Source: Chthonomonadaceae bacterium
GTDB lineage: Bacteria; Armatimonadota; Chthonomonadetes; Chthonomonadales; Chthonomonadaceae
DNA length: 50,509 nucleotides
Assembly: GCA_035650735.1 (NCBI GenBank)
Contig: DASRGZ010000011.1
Location: 1 to 50,509 of the forward strand
Direction of reading: 5' to 3'
Shown here: positions 39,083 to 47,994 of the stretch, in pieces
Numbering within the stretch: position 1 is the first letter of the stretch
Layout of the letters: the number at the start of each line of letters is the position of its first letter
Notes under the pieces: model-generated
Databases searched by the model: none
Seen by the model: the letters and a program-made list of their open reading frames with translations, nothing else
Told to the model about the DNA's origin: nothing
Made by a program: the position numbers and the translations under genes

Positions 39083-40114
39083 ATGATGGTTTTGATGCGC
39101 GCCGACGCGACGGCGGAACAGATCGAGGAAGTCATGTCGCGTATCACGGCGCACAAGATGCAGGCGTTACGGCTGCCCGGCGACGAGCACATTGCCATTG
39201 GCGTCGCCAGCGCCATTCCGCCCGACCTGCGCGAGCCGCTGACCGAGGCGCTTTCCACGCTGCCCGGCGTGGATCACGTCGTCCAGATCAGCCGCCCGTA
39301 TAAGCTGGCCTCGCGCGAGTTCCACCGCACGGATACCATTGTGCGGATCAAGGGCGTCGAGATCGGCGGGGCCGAGTGCGTGGTCATGGCGGGGCCGTGT
39401 TCGATTGAGAGCCGCGAACAGCTTTTCACCACCGCACGCGCCGTGCAAGCGGCAGGCGCAAAGGTGTTGCGCGGTGGGGCCTTTAAGCCGCGCACCTCGC
39501 CTTATGCGTTCCAGGGCCTCGGCCTGGAGGGCCTGAAGCTGCTCAAGGAGGTCGGCGACGCGCTCGGCATCCTGACGATCACCGAGGTCATGGCACCGGA
39601 GGATGTGCCGCTGGTGGCCGCGCACGCCGACATCCTCCAGATCGGGGCGCGCAATATGCAGAACTATCCACTGCTCATCGCGGCAGGCAAATCGGGCCAT
39701 CCGACCATGCTCAAGCGCGGGCCGAGCGCCTCCCTGGACGAGTTTCTGCTGGCGGCGGAATACCTGCTGCATCACGGCACGCAGGACGTCCTCCTGTGCG
39801 AGCGCGGCGTCCATCCCCTGGATCGCGCCTACACCCGCAACACGCTCGACCTGAACGCCGTGCCGGTGCTAAAGCAGGTCTCCCACCTGCCGGTCATCGT
39901 GGATCCCTCGCATGGCACGGGCGTGGCGCGCTACGTTCCGGCAATGGCGCGGGCGGGCCTGGCCGCGGGTGCGGACGGCGTGATCGTCGAAGTGCACCCC
40001 TGCCCGCAGCAGGCGCTCTCGGACGGCGCCCAATCGCTCACCCCGGAGCAGTTCGCCGGCATGATGGAGGAGCTGGGCAAGATCGCTGCCGCCATCGGCC
40101 GCTGCCTCCGCTAG
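39083..40114 (+). CDS. aroF: 3-deoxy-7-phosphoheptulonate (DAHP) synthase, type I-beta
   Basis: AGPCSIES, GGAFKPRTSPYAFQG, QIGARNMQN, CERG, DPSHGTG, LSDG. Confidence 0.95.
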   Translation: MMVLMRADATAEQIEEVMSRITAHKMQALRLPGDEHIAIGVASAIPPDLREPLTEALSTLPGVDHVVQISRPYKLASREFHRTDTIVRIKGVEIGGAECVVMAGPCSIESREQLFTTARAVQAAGAKVLRGGAFKPRTSPYAFQGLGLEGLKLLKEVGDALGILTITEVMAPEDVPLVAAHADILQIGARNMQNYPLLIAAGKSGHPTMLKRGPSASLDEFLLAAEYLLHHGTQDVLLCERGVHPLDRAYTRNTLDLNAVPVLKQVSHLPVIVDPSHGTGVARYVPAMARAGLAAGADGVIVEVHPCPQQALSDGAQSLTPEQFAGMMEELGKIAAAIGRCLR

Positions 40115-40267
40115 ACATTCCTCTGGGGTGCATGCTATAATACGTCCGTCTGCATGCGTTTTTGTGAAGAGAATTGAGATGGGAGCAACCGGATCAACGG
40201 GACCGGAGAAATAGAGAACCGAAGCCTGTTTTGGTCTGGGAAATCCTGCCTTAAAAGGAGGGCATCG

Positions 40268-41632
40268 GTGCGCAAACTCATTGGCATGGCGGCGGCTCTG
40301 CTGCTGGGCGCCGCTATCCTGGCCGGGTGCAGCGGCAAAGGCAACGAAACGTCCGGAGGAGGCGGCGCTCCCGCGAGCGCGGGCGGAGGCGGCAAGCCCA
40401 CGCTCACCATCGCCTGGGCGCAGTGGGACCCGTCGAACTACCTGGAAACCCTCTCCAAAGATTTCACCAAAGAGACGGGCATCAATGTGGTGGTGCAGCA
40501 GATTCCCTGGCCGCAGTATCAGGAGAAGATCCAGACGGGCGTCTGGACCGGCAAGAGCGATGCCTATGACATTATCGTCGGGGACAGCCAGTGGCTCGGA
40601 CGCGGCGCCACGGAGGGCCACTACGTTGACCTGACCGATTGGTCCAAGACCAATGTCAACTGGGACGAGATCTATCCCTCCGCAAAGCAGTTCTATTGCG
40701 AGTACGACGGCAAAATCTACGGCGTGCCCTGCGAGGCGGATGCCATCGGGTTTGCCTACCGTAAAGACCTTTTCGAGAACCCTCAGGAGCAGGCGGCTTT
40801 CAAAGCCAAGTATAAGTACGACCTTGCGCCGCCGAAGACCTGGGATCAACTCCGCGACATCGCCGAGTTCTTCACCCGCCCTCAGCAGAAGCTTTATGGA
40901 GCCGCGATCTTCTACGCGGGCGGCGGCGCCTATGATGGCATCACCATGGGCTTTGATCAGGTGCTCTGGTGCTATGGCGGCGAGCTTCGCGATCCCAAAA
41001 CCAACGTTGTCGAGGGCGTGATCAATTCGCCCACCGGCGTCAAGGCGCTTAGCTTCTACACGCAGGAACTCAAAAAGTTTACCCCGCCTGGCTCGGAAAA
41101 CTACTACTTCAATGAGTGCCTGGAAGCCTTCCGCAACGGGCAGGTGGCTATGGCGATGGACTGGTACACCTTCTTCCCGGCCCTGGCGGACAAGACCAAG
41201 AACCCGCTCATTGATAAAACCGGCTTCTTCGTCTCCCCGGCGGGACCCGGCGGCCACTTCATCAGCCTGGGCGGGCAGGGCATGTCCATCTCCAGCTACT
41301 CTAAGCACCAGGACGAGGCCAAGCAGTTCCTGGCCTGGTTTATCAAGAAAGAGACACAGCAGAAGTGGGCCGATCTCGGCGGCCTGACCACCACCAAGCC
41401 CGTGTTGGAAAGCGCGGATTTTAAGACGAAGACGCCTTTCAACGCGCAGTTTGCGGATAGTGTCCAATATCTACGGGATTTCTATAACATTCCCCAGTAT
41501 GCCGAGCTGCTGGAGGTCACCCAGATTGACTGGAATGCCTGCGTTGCCGGCACGCAGACTCCGCAGGCCGCTATGGACGATGTCGCCAAAAAGCATACGG
41601 AGATACTCAAAAAGGCGGGCCTGATCAAATAG
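40268..41632 (+). CDS. Sugar ABC transporter substrate-binding lipoprotein
   Basis: Lipobox ILAG-C, YRKDLF, PPKTWDQL; followed by permease and ATPase genes. Confidence 0.9.
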   Translation: MRKLIGMAAALLLGAAILAGCSGKGNETSGGGGAPASAGGGGKPTLTIAWAQWDPSNYLETLSKDFTKETGINVVVQQIPWPQYQEKIQTGVWTGKSDAYDIIVGDSQWLGRGATEGHYVDLTDWSKTNVNWDEIYPSAKQFYCEYDGKIYGVPCEADAIGFAYRKDLFENPQEQAAFKAKYKYDLAPPKTWDQLRDIAEFFTRPQQKLYGAAIFYAGGGAYDGITMGFDQVLWCYGGELRDPKTNVVEGVINSPTGVKALSFYTQELKKFTPPGSENYYFNECLEAFRNGQVAMAMDWYTFFPALADKTKNPLIDKTGFFVSPAGPGGHFISLGGQGMSISSYSKHQDEAKQFLAWFIKKETQQKWADLGGLTTTKPVLESADFKTKTPFNAQFADSVQYLRDFYNIPQYAELLEVTQIDWNACVAGTQTPQAAMDDVAKKHTEILKKAGLIK

Positions 41633-41717
41633 GCCCGTCCCTGGCCGTGAGGAGAGCTCGGAGGGTTAGGTAAGCTCGTGCGGCTTCTCTCGGCGACGGA
41701 ATAGAATTCCTTCGCTG

Positions 41718-41812
41718 GTTAGCCTTCGGCTCAGTGTCGGCCTACGCCGACACGTACAGGTAGGCAACTGGTTTCGTGTCCCCGCAGGGGGACACTGGGC
41801 CGTTAGGCCACC
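41718..41812. repeat. Palindromic intercistronic hairpin cluster
   Basis: GTGTCGGC..GCCGACAC and GTGTCCCC..GGGGACAC hairpins after the binding-protein gene. Confidence 0.55.
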
Positions 41813-41861
41813 GAGCGAGGGAATTTATTCCCTTGTGACTTCGGAAAGAGGAATTCATCGC

Positions 41862-44069
41862 GTGGATATTGATAGACCGCTGGAGCGGGAACAAACTCGT
41901 ACCAAACCGTTGGGGCTGCGTCGCGCCCTGGGCGACCGCAGCATCGCGAACGTGTTTCTGCTGCCGACCGTGCTGTTGCTCATCGCGATGAATATCTTTC
42001 CGCTGATCTGGTCGCTCTACCTCTCCTTCTGCGAATATACTGGCACGTCCAACAAGGCGGCGGTCTGGATCGGCGGCGCCAACTACACGAACCTGCTCTC
42101 CGACCCCTCCATCTGGAAGAACTTTACCGTTACGGCCCAGTTCACGCTGCTGGCCGTCGGCGTGCAGTTGCTCATCGGCTTCGGCATGGCGCTGCTGCTG
42201 CACCGGACGTTCCGCCTGAAGAGTATCGTCACCACGCTGATCCTGCTGCCGATGATGCTTTCGCCGGTCGTGGTCGGGCTGTTCTGGCGGTTTCTGCTGG
42301 ACGCCAACTGGGGCCTGGTCAACTGGATTTTACAGACCCTCCACCTTCAGGACCCGGCGCATCCGGTCAACTGGCTCAACGACCCGCAAAACGCGCTCTG
42401 GTCGCTGGTCATCGTGGATACCTGGATGTGGTCGCCCTTTGTGATGCTGATCTCGCTGGCCGGGCTGGCCGCCGTGCCGCCGCATCTCTACGAGGCCGCC
42501 GAGGTGGACCGCGCCTCCGCCTGGTTCAAGTTCCGCTACATCACTATTCCGATGGTCTCCCCGCTGGTGATGATCGCGCTCCTGTTCCGCACGATGGACT
42601 GCTTCAAAATCTTCGACACGGTCTACGTGCTGACGGGCGGCGGCCCCGGCGACGCGACCAAGACCGTCTCCTACAGCCTCTATAAGCAGGCGTTCGATGC
42701 CCACAACACGGGCTATGCCTGCGCGCTGGCCTATATCATCCTGCTCGTCATCATCGGGCTGGCCAACCTCTACATCAAATACCTGGGCCGCGTGCGCGGC
42801 GAGGGAATTCCCGACTCCTCCTCGCTCTATGAGGCCGTTGCGGAAAAGACGCGGGGCGTGCCGGGGCTTGGCTGGCTGTTCGACTCGCCCACGCGCCTTC
42901 TGGCCGCGCTGCTTGTGCTGGCGTTCTGGCGACAGATTCCCTGGCTGTTGGCGCTGCTCGCGGCCAACGACAGGCTGATCTTCGCGGCGGGCGTGCTGAT
43001 CCTGGCGGCGTGGGGCTTCGGCCAACTGCCCCGCCGCCAGAGCCTGATCCTCGCCAGCCTGGGCGTCCTCCTGGGGCTTGCTGCTCTCCTGGCACCAGGC
43101 AGCATCGCCGCGTGGCTCTGGCCGTTCGGCGTAGCCGGGGCGGTCTGGTTCCTGGCACAGACGCCGCAAACGGTGCGCAACCTGCTCGCTTACGCCGCCA
43201 TCGCCGTCGCCGCCGTGATCTATCTGCTGCCGATTTACTGGATCGCGGCCACCAGCCTCAAGCCCGCCACGCAGATCTTCGCCACGCCGCCGAAATTCTT
43301 CCCTACCCATCAGGCCGCTCTGGGCGAGGCGCCTCAGCCGGGCTACACCTTCGGCGTCACCCTCCAGAACTATGACGCGCTGATCTACAAGCGCGAGGGC
43401 AATCGCCCGGATGGCAAGATCGAAGGCTACTCCGACTTTCCGCGTCAGCTTGGCAACAGCCTGTTCATTGGCGGATTGAGCACCTTCCTGGCGGTCGCGC
43501 TGGGCACGATGGCGGCCTATGCCTTCGCCCGCTTTCGCGTCAAGGGTAAGGGCGACCTGCTCTTCTTCATTCTGAGCACGCGCATGATGCCCGCCATCGT
43601 GGTCGTCATCCCCATCTTCCTGATGTATCGCACACTCGGCCTGCTGGACACGCACCTGGGCCTGATCATTCTATACACGGTCTTCAACCTGTCGTTCTCG
43701 ACCTACCTGCTCAAGGGCTTCTTCGACGACATCCCGCACGAGTACGACGATGCGGCCCTGCTGGACGGCTACTCGCGCTTCCAGGCGTTCCGGAAGATTT
43801 CGCTGCCGCAGGCGCTCACCGGCATTGCCGCCACCGCCGTCTTCTGCTTCATCACCGCCTGGAACGAGTTCGCCTTTGCGCAGCTGCTCTCCGTGCAGCA
43901 GCCGCTGACGGCGCCGCCCTCCATCGTGGCGCGCACCGGCTCCGGCGGCACGGAATGGGGCCAGATCGCGGCGGGCGCGGTGCTGTTCCTGATTCCGGCG
44001 GCGCTGTTTACCTTCCTGATGCGCAAGCATCTGCTGCGCGGCGTCACCTTCGGCGCGATTAAACGCTAA
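41862..44069 (+). CDS. Fused carbohydrate ABC permease (MalF-like + MalG-like)
   Basis: Two EAA loops (LYEAAEVDRAS..KFRYITIP; YDDAALLDGYSRFQAFRKISLP) in one uninterrupted ORF. Confidence 0.88.
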   Translation: MDIDRPLEREQTRTKPLGLRRALGDRSIANVFLLPTVLLLIAMNIFPLIWSLYLSFCEYTGTSNKAAVWIGGANYTNLLSDPSIWKNFTVTAQFTLLAVGVQLLIGFGMALLLHRTFRLKSIVTTLILLPMMLSPVVVGLFWRFLLDANWGLVNWILQTLHLQDPAHPVNWLNDPQNALWSLVIVDTWMWSPFVMLISLAGLAAVPPHLYEAAEVDRASAWFKFRYITIPMVSPLVMIALLFRTMDCFKIFDTVYVLTGGGPGDATKTVSYSLYKQAFDAHNTGYACALAYIILLVIIGLANLYIKYLGRVRGEGIPDSSSLYEAVAEKTRGVPGLGWLFDSPTRLLAALLVLAFWRQIPWLLALLAANDRLIFAAGVLILAAWGFGQLPRRQSLILASLGVLLGLAALLAPGSIAAWLWPFGVAGAVWFLAQTPQTVRNLLAYAAIAVAAVIYLLPIYWIAATSLKPATQIFATPPKFFPTHQAALGEAPQPGYTFGVTLQNYDALIYKREGNRPDGKIEGYSDFPRQLGNSLFIGGLSTFLAVALGTMAAYAFARFRVKGKGDLLFFILSTRMMPAIVVVIPIFLMYRTLGLLDTHLGLIILYTVFNLSFSTYLLKGFFDDIPHEYDDAALLDGYSRFQAFRKISLPQALTGIAATAVFCFITAWNEFAFAQLLSVQQPLTAPPSIVARTGSGGTEWGQIAAGAVLFLIPAALFTFLMRKHLLRGVTFGAIKR

Positions 44070-44173
44070 GGCCCCTGCGCTTCACCCCGCCAGCGCCACG
44101 ATCTCACCTGGCAGAGGAAAGGGATTGCGGTAACGTAGAATCCGGCAGAACCTCCTTTTAAGGGTTTAGAGAG

Positions 44174-44475
44174 ATGAGCAAAACGACAGAGCGAGAGCCA
44201 GAAGCGCCGCATACGCCCGGAACACGGTCAATATGCGGGTGTTCCGGGCGTATGCGGCGGCGAACCCAAAATTAAGGGAACGCGCATACCCGTCTGGATT
44301 ATCGCCGGTTGGCATGGGTATGGATGCGGATGAAATCCTAACTATGTACCCGCATTTGACGGCAGCGCAGGTTCATGACGCGCTCTCCTATTACTTTGAT
44401 TATAAAGCGGAAGTGGATGCGGTACGGGCGCAAAATACGGAAGAATACTGGCAAGCTAGACAGAGCCAGCAATGA
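44174..44475 (+). pseudogene. DUF433 family (antitoxin-like) gene, frameshifted
   Basis: VPGVCGGEPKIKGTRIPV (frame of 44241) and MGMDADEILTMYPHLTAAQVHDALSYY lie in different frames. Confidence 0.8.
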
Positions 44476-44513
44476 CGGCTATCAAGCTCTACACGGATGA
44501 GGACATCACCGAT
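44472..44513 (+). pseudogene. 5' stub of a DUF5615/PIN-like toxin gene
   Basis: ATGA overlap with the DUF433 stop; MTAIKLYTDEDI resembles the PIN-like 'KLYLDED' start; similarity lost after about 13 codons. Confidence 0.55.
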
Positions 44514-44539
44514 AACCTCCCTCAGACAACGAAAAAACT

Positions 44540-45628
44540 ATGGCAACGGTACAAGTTGAGAATTTAGTCAAACGTTTCGACCAGAACATAGCTATAAATA
44601 ACACGTCGCTTGCGATAGACGACGGGATGTTTATGGTCTTCTTGGGGCCGTCCGGTTGCGGCAAGACCACGACCTTGCGCTGCATCGCGGGCCTGGAAAT
44701 CCCCGATGGCGGGCGAATCCTGATTGATGGCGAGGATGTGACCAAACTGCCTCCCTCCGCGCGGGACATCGCGATGGTCTTTCAGCAGTACGCCATCTAT
44801 CCCCACATGACGGTCGCGGAGAACCTGGCCTTCCCGCTCAAGGCCGTCAAGACCCCGCGCCACGAGATCGAGGCGCGCGTCCGTGAGGTGGCGTGCAAGC
44901 TGCATATCGAGCACCTGTTAAACCGCAAGCCGGGCAAGCTCTCCGGCGGCGAGATGCAGCGCGTCGCCATCGGGCGGGCGATGGTGCGTCGGCCCAAAGT
45001 CTTCCTGATGGACGAGCCGCTTTCCAATCTCGACGCGAAGCTGCGCGCGGAGATGCGCGCCGAAATCAAGCGCCTGCAAAGCGACCAGGGCGCGACGACC
45101 ATCTATGTCACCCACGACCAACTGGAGGCGATGAGCATGGCGGATAAGATCGCCGTGATGTACGGCGGCATCCTCCAGCAGGTCGGCACGCCCGCCGAGG
45201 TCTACGACCATCCGGCCAACCTGTTTGTCGCCGGGTTTATCGGCTCGCCGGCGATGAACTTCGTGCCCTGCCGCCTCACCGACGACCGCAGGCAGCTGCT
45301 TCTGGAGGGCAACGTGCCGTTGGCGATCCAGCCTGACGTGGTGTCGCGCCTAGCCCATGTCCCTTCCGGCCAGGACCTGATCCTGGGCGTGCGTCCCGAA
45401 GACATCGCGCTGCGTCACGACCCGCAGCCGGAGTTCGATCCGGTGGAGGTCTACGTCGTCGAGCCGCTGGGCTCGGAGAACATCGTGGACGTGCGCCTGG
45501 CCGGCAACGTCCTGAAGGCGCGCACCCTGCCGACCTTCACTGCCCGGATCGGCGAGACGCTCTATATGCGGATCGATCAGTCCCGCGCGCACCTGTTTGA
45601 CGCCCAGACGACGCAGGCGCTGACGTAA
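44540..45628 (+). CDS. Sugar ABC transporter ATP-binding protein (MalK-like)
   Basis: GPSGCGKTT, LSGGEMQR, FLMDEPLSNLD, YVTHDQ, FIGSP. Confidence 0.95.
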   Translation: MATVQVENLVKRFDQNIAINNTSLAIDDGMFMVFLGPSGCGKTTTLRCIAGLEIPDGGRILIDGEDVTKLPPSARDIAMVFQQYAIYPHMTVAENLAFPLKAVKTPRHEIEARVREVACKLHIEHLLNRKPGKLSGGEMQRVAIGRAMVRRPKVFLMDEPLSNLDAKLRAEMRAEIKRLQSDQGATTIYVTHDQLEAMSMADKIAVMYGGILQQVGTPAEVYDHPANLFVAGFIGSPAMNFVPCRLTDDRRQLLLEGNVPLAIQPDVVSRLAHVPSGQDLILGVRPEDIALRHDPQPEFDPVEVYVVEPLGSENIVDVRLAGNVLKARTLPTFTARIGETLYMRIDQSRAHLFDAQTTQALT

Positions 45629-45646
45629 AGAGGAGAGAGAAACCGG

Positions 45647-45910
45647 ATGTTTTCTGGACGGTTTGGGCAGGCGATGGAGGCGCTTTCAATAGCGTTGATA
45701 CTCCTGGGTATCGTGGCGTTATGTCAAAGTTTCTCCTTCCCTCTGTATCAAAACGGCTTCAAGATACTCATTGCCGGCTGGCTCGGCCTGACCCTCTGGT
45801 CGCACCGCCGTCCCGTGCGCCCCAAGATCGAGCAGGGCAACCCGCAGGTGACCATTGACGGGCATCCTCCTATCGAAGTCACGCTCGGCGACCGCCCTAA
45901 GAGTGCCTGA
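45647..45910 (+). CDS. Small two-helix membrane protein
   Basis: GAGGAG RBS, two hydrophobic segments, directly after the ABC ATPase. Confidence 0.7.
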   Translation: MFSGRFGQAMEALSIALILLGIVALCQSFSFPLYQNGFKILIAGWLGLTLWSHRRPVRPKIEQGNPQVTIDGHPPIEVTLGDRPKSA

Positions 45911-45986
45911 CAGAACCTTCCCGGTTGCCCTGAAAAGAACGGGCTATACAGGTTTGTTAAGCGCTTGCCGTGAGGAGACGACTACC

Positions 45987-46829
45987 ATGCCTACTTCCGC
46001 TGCCCCTCGCCTCTCCGTTTCGACCTGGAGCCTCCACCGCGCTCTCGGCGTCACCTATCCTGACGCGCCCGGCGGCAACGTGCGGCGCGGGCCAGTAGAA
46101 AGCTACGGCCCCGCCTCGCTCTCGCTGCTGGAAGTCCCGGAGCGTATCGCCGCGATGGGCGTGCATACGCTCGAAATCTGCCACTTCCACCTGCCAAGCC
46201 GGGATGCCGGCTATTTTCAAGAGCTGCAAAGCGCACTGGATGCGGCGAGAGTGGAACTGTTCTCTGTCTTGATAGACGGCGGGGACATCACCGATCCCGT
46301 CCACCACGCCCGCGACCTGGCCTGGGCTGGCGAATGGGTGGATACGGCGGCGGCGCTGGGGGCGCAGCGGGCGCGGGTGATCGCGGGCAAATCCTCCTAC
46401 TCCGAAGAGGCCATGCAGCGCAGCATCGCCGGGTTGCGCGCGCTGGCGGCGCGCGGCGCGGCGCAGGGCGTGCGCGTGACGACGGAAAACTGGTACCCGC
46501 TCCTCTCCCGGCCCGAAGCGGTGCTCAGGCTGCTGGATAGCCTGGAGGGCCAGGTCGGCCTGAACCTGGATTTCGGCAACTGGAGCGGCCCTACCAAGTA
46601 TGACGACCTGGCAGCCATCTTCCCGCGCGCCGAGTCGTGCCATGCCAAGTGCGCCTTCACCGCACCCCGTGCGCCGGATACAGAGGACTTCCGCCGCTGC
46701 CTTGACCTCTCGCACGCTGCCGGATTCGCCGGCCCCTACACGCTGATCTACGATGGCCCCGGCGACGACGAATGGGAGGGCCTGGTGATAGAGCGCGAAC
46801 TCGTCCAGCCCTATCTCCAGTCCCACTAA
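45987..46829 (+). CDS. Sugar phosphate isomerase/epimerase family TIM-barrel protein
   Basis: VSTWSLH, VTTENW, LNLDFGNW, CHAK; GAGGAG RBS. Confidence 0.8.
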   Translation: MPTSAAPRLSVSTWSLHRALGVTYPDAPGGNVRRGPVESYGPASLSLLEVPERIAAMGVHTLEICHFHLPSRDAGYFQELQSALDAARVELFSVLIDGGDITDPVHHARDLAWAGEWVDTAAALGAQRARVIAGKSSYSEEAMQRSIAGLRALAARGAAQGVRVTTENWYPLLSRPEAVLRLLDSLEGQVGLNLDFGNWSGPTKYDDLAAIFPRAESCHAKCAFTAPRAPDTEDFRRCLDLSHAAGFAGPYTLIYDGPGDDEWEGLVIERELVQPYLQSH

Positions 46830-46855
46830 AGCGATACGCACAAGGAAGGACGCCG

Positions 46856-47869
46856 ATGAATTTGCTCATCCTGGGCGGGACGGTGTTCGTGGGGCGGCAT
46901 TTGGTGGAGGCGGCTCTGGCGCGCGGGCATACGGTGACGCTGTTTAATCGCAGCCAGCACAACCCGGAACTCTTCCCAGAGGTCGAAAAGCTGCGAGGCG
47001 ACCGCGATGGCGATCTGGGCGCGCTGCAAGGACGGCACTGGGATGCGGTCCTAGATACCTGCGGCTATGTGCCCCGGATCGTGCGGGCGTCCGCCGAGCT
47101 ATTGGCCGATGCCGTCCCTCACTATACCTTCATCTCCAGCATTTCGGTTTACAAGGACCTCAGCATACCGGGCATGGATGAGAACGCTCCGGTCGGCACG
47201 TTGGAGGATGAGACGACAGAGGAGATCACCGCAGAGACCTACGGCCCGCTGAAAGTTCTGTGTGAGCAGGCGGCGGAGGAAGCGATGCCGGGCCGTGTGC
47301 TGACCATCCGCCCCGGCCTGATCGTCGGCCCGCACGATCCCACCGACCGCTTCACCTACTGGCCCCACCGCGTGGCACAGGGCGGCGAAGTTTTGGCGCC
47401 GGGCCGCCCCGAACAGACCGTGCAGTTCATTGATGCGCGTGATCTGGCCGAGTGGAATATTCGCTTGATAGAAGCCGGCCAGACCGGCGTCTATAACGCC
47501 ACCGGCCCGGACTACCCGCTGACGATGGGGCGCCTGCTGGACGAGTGCAAGGCCGTCGGTGGGAGCGACGCGCGCTTTACCTGGGCATCGCAGGAGTTTC
47601 TCCAGCAGGAGGGGGTTCAGCCCTGGACGGAGCTGCCGCTCTGGGTGCCCGAAGAGCCGGATATGGCGGGCTTTAATGCCGTCAATTGCGATAAAGCCAT
47701 CGCCGCCGGTTTAACCTTTCGGCCCCTCTCGGACACCATCCGGGACACGCTGGCCTGGGACGCGACCCGCCCCGCCGATAGGGAGTGGCGTGCCGGGCTA
47801 AAGCCGGAACGCGAGCGGGAACTGCTAGAAAAACCCTTTCAACAGGATGAACAGGATTTACAGGATTAG
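46856..47869 (+). CDS. NAD-dependent epimerase/dehydratase (atypical SDR)
   Basis: ILGGTVFVG, FISSISVY, YGPLK, RPGLIVGP. Confidence 0.9.
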   Translation: MNLLILGGTVFVGRHLVEAALARGHTVTLFNRSQHNPELFPEVEKLRGDRDGDLGALQGRHWDAVLDTCGYVPRIVRASAELLADAVPHYTFISSISVYKDLSIPGMDENAPVGTLEDETTEEITAETYGPLKVLCEQAAEEAMPGRVLTIRPGLIVGPHDPTDRFTYWPHRVAQGGEVLAPGRPEQTVQFIDARDLAEWNIRLIEAGQTGVYNATGPDYPLTMGRLLDECKAVGGSDARFTWASQEFLQQEGVQPWTELPLWVPEEPDMAGFNAVNCDKAIAAGLTFRPLSDTIRDTLAWDATRPADREWRAGLKPERERELLEKPFQQDEQDLQD

Positions 47870-47989
47870 GGCTAGACAGAGACAGAAGCCTTCCAGCCAA
47901 CGGAGTTAACAGAAACTCGGTTGGCTGGTTTGGTTTTAGAAATCCTGTTTAATCCTGATTAATCCTGTTCATCCTGTTGAAAGGGTTTT
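47830..47989. repeat. Family B long palindrome between convergent genes
   Basis: Perfect 29-bp inverted repeat 47830-47858 / 47961-47989 enclosing an inner hairpin at 47893-47928. Confidence 0.88.
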
Positions 47990-47994
47990 GTTTT

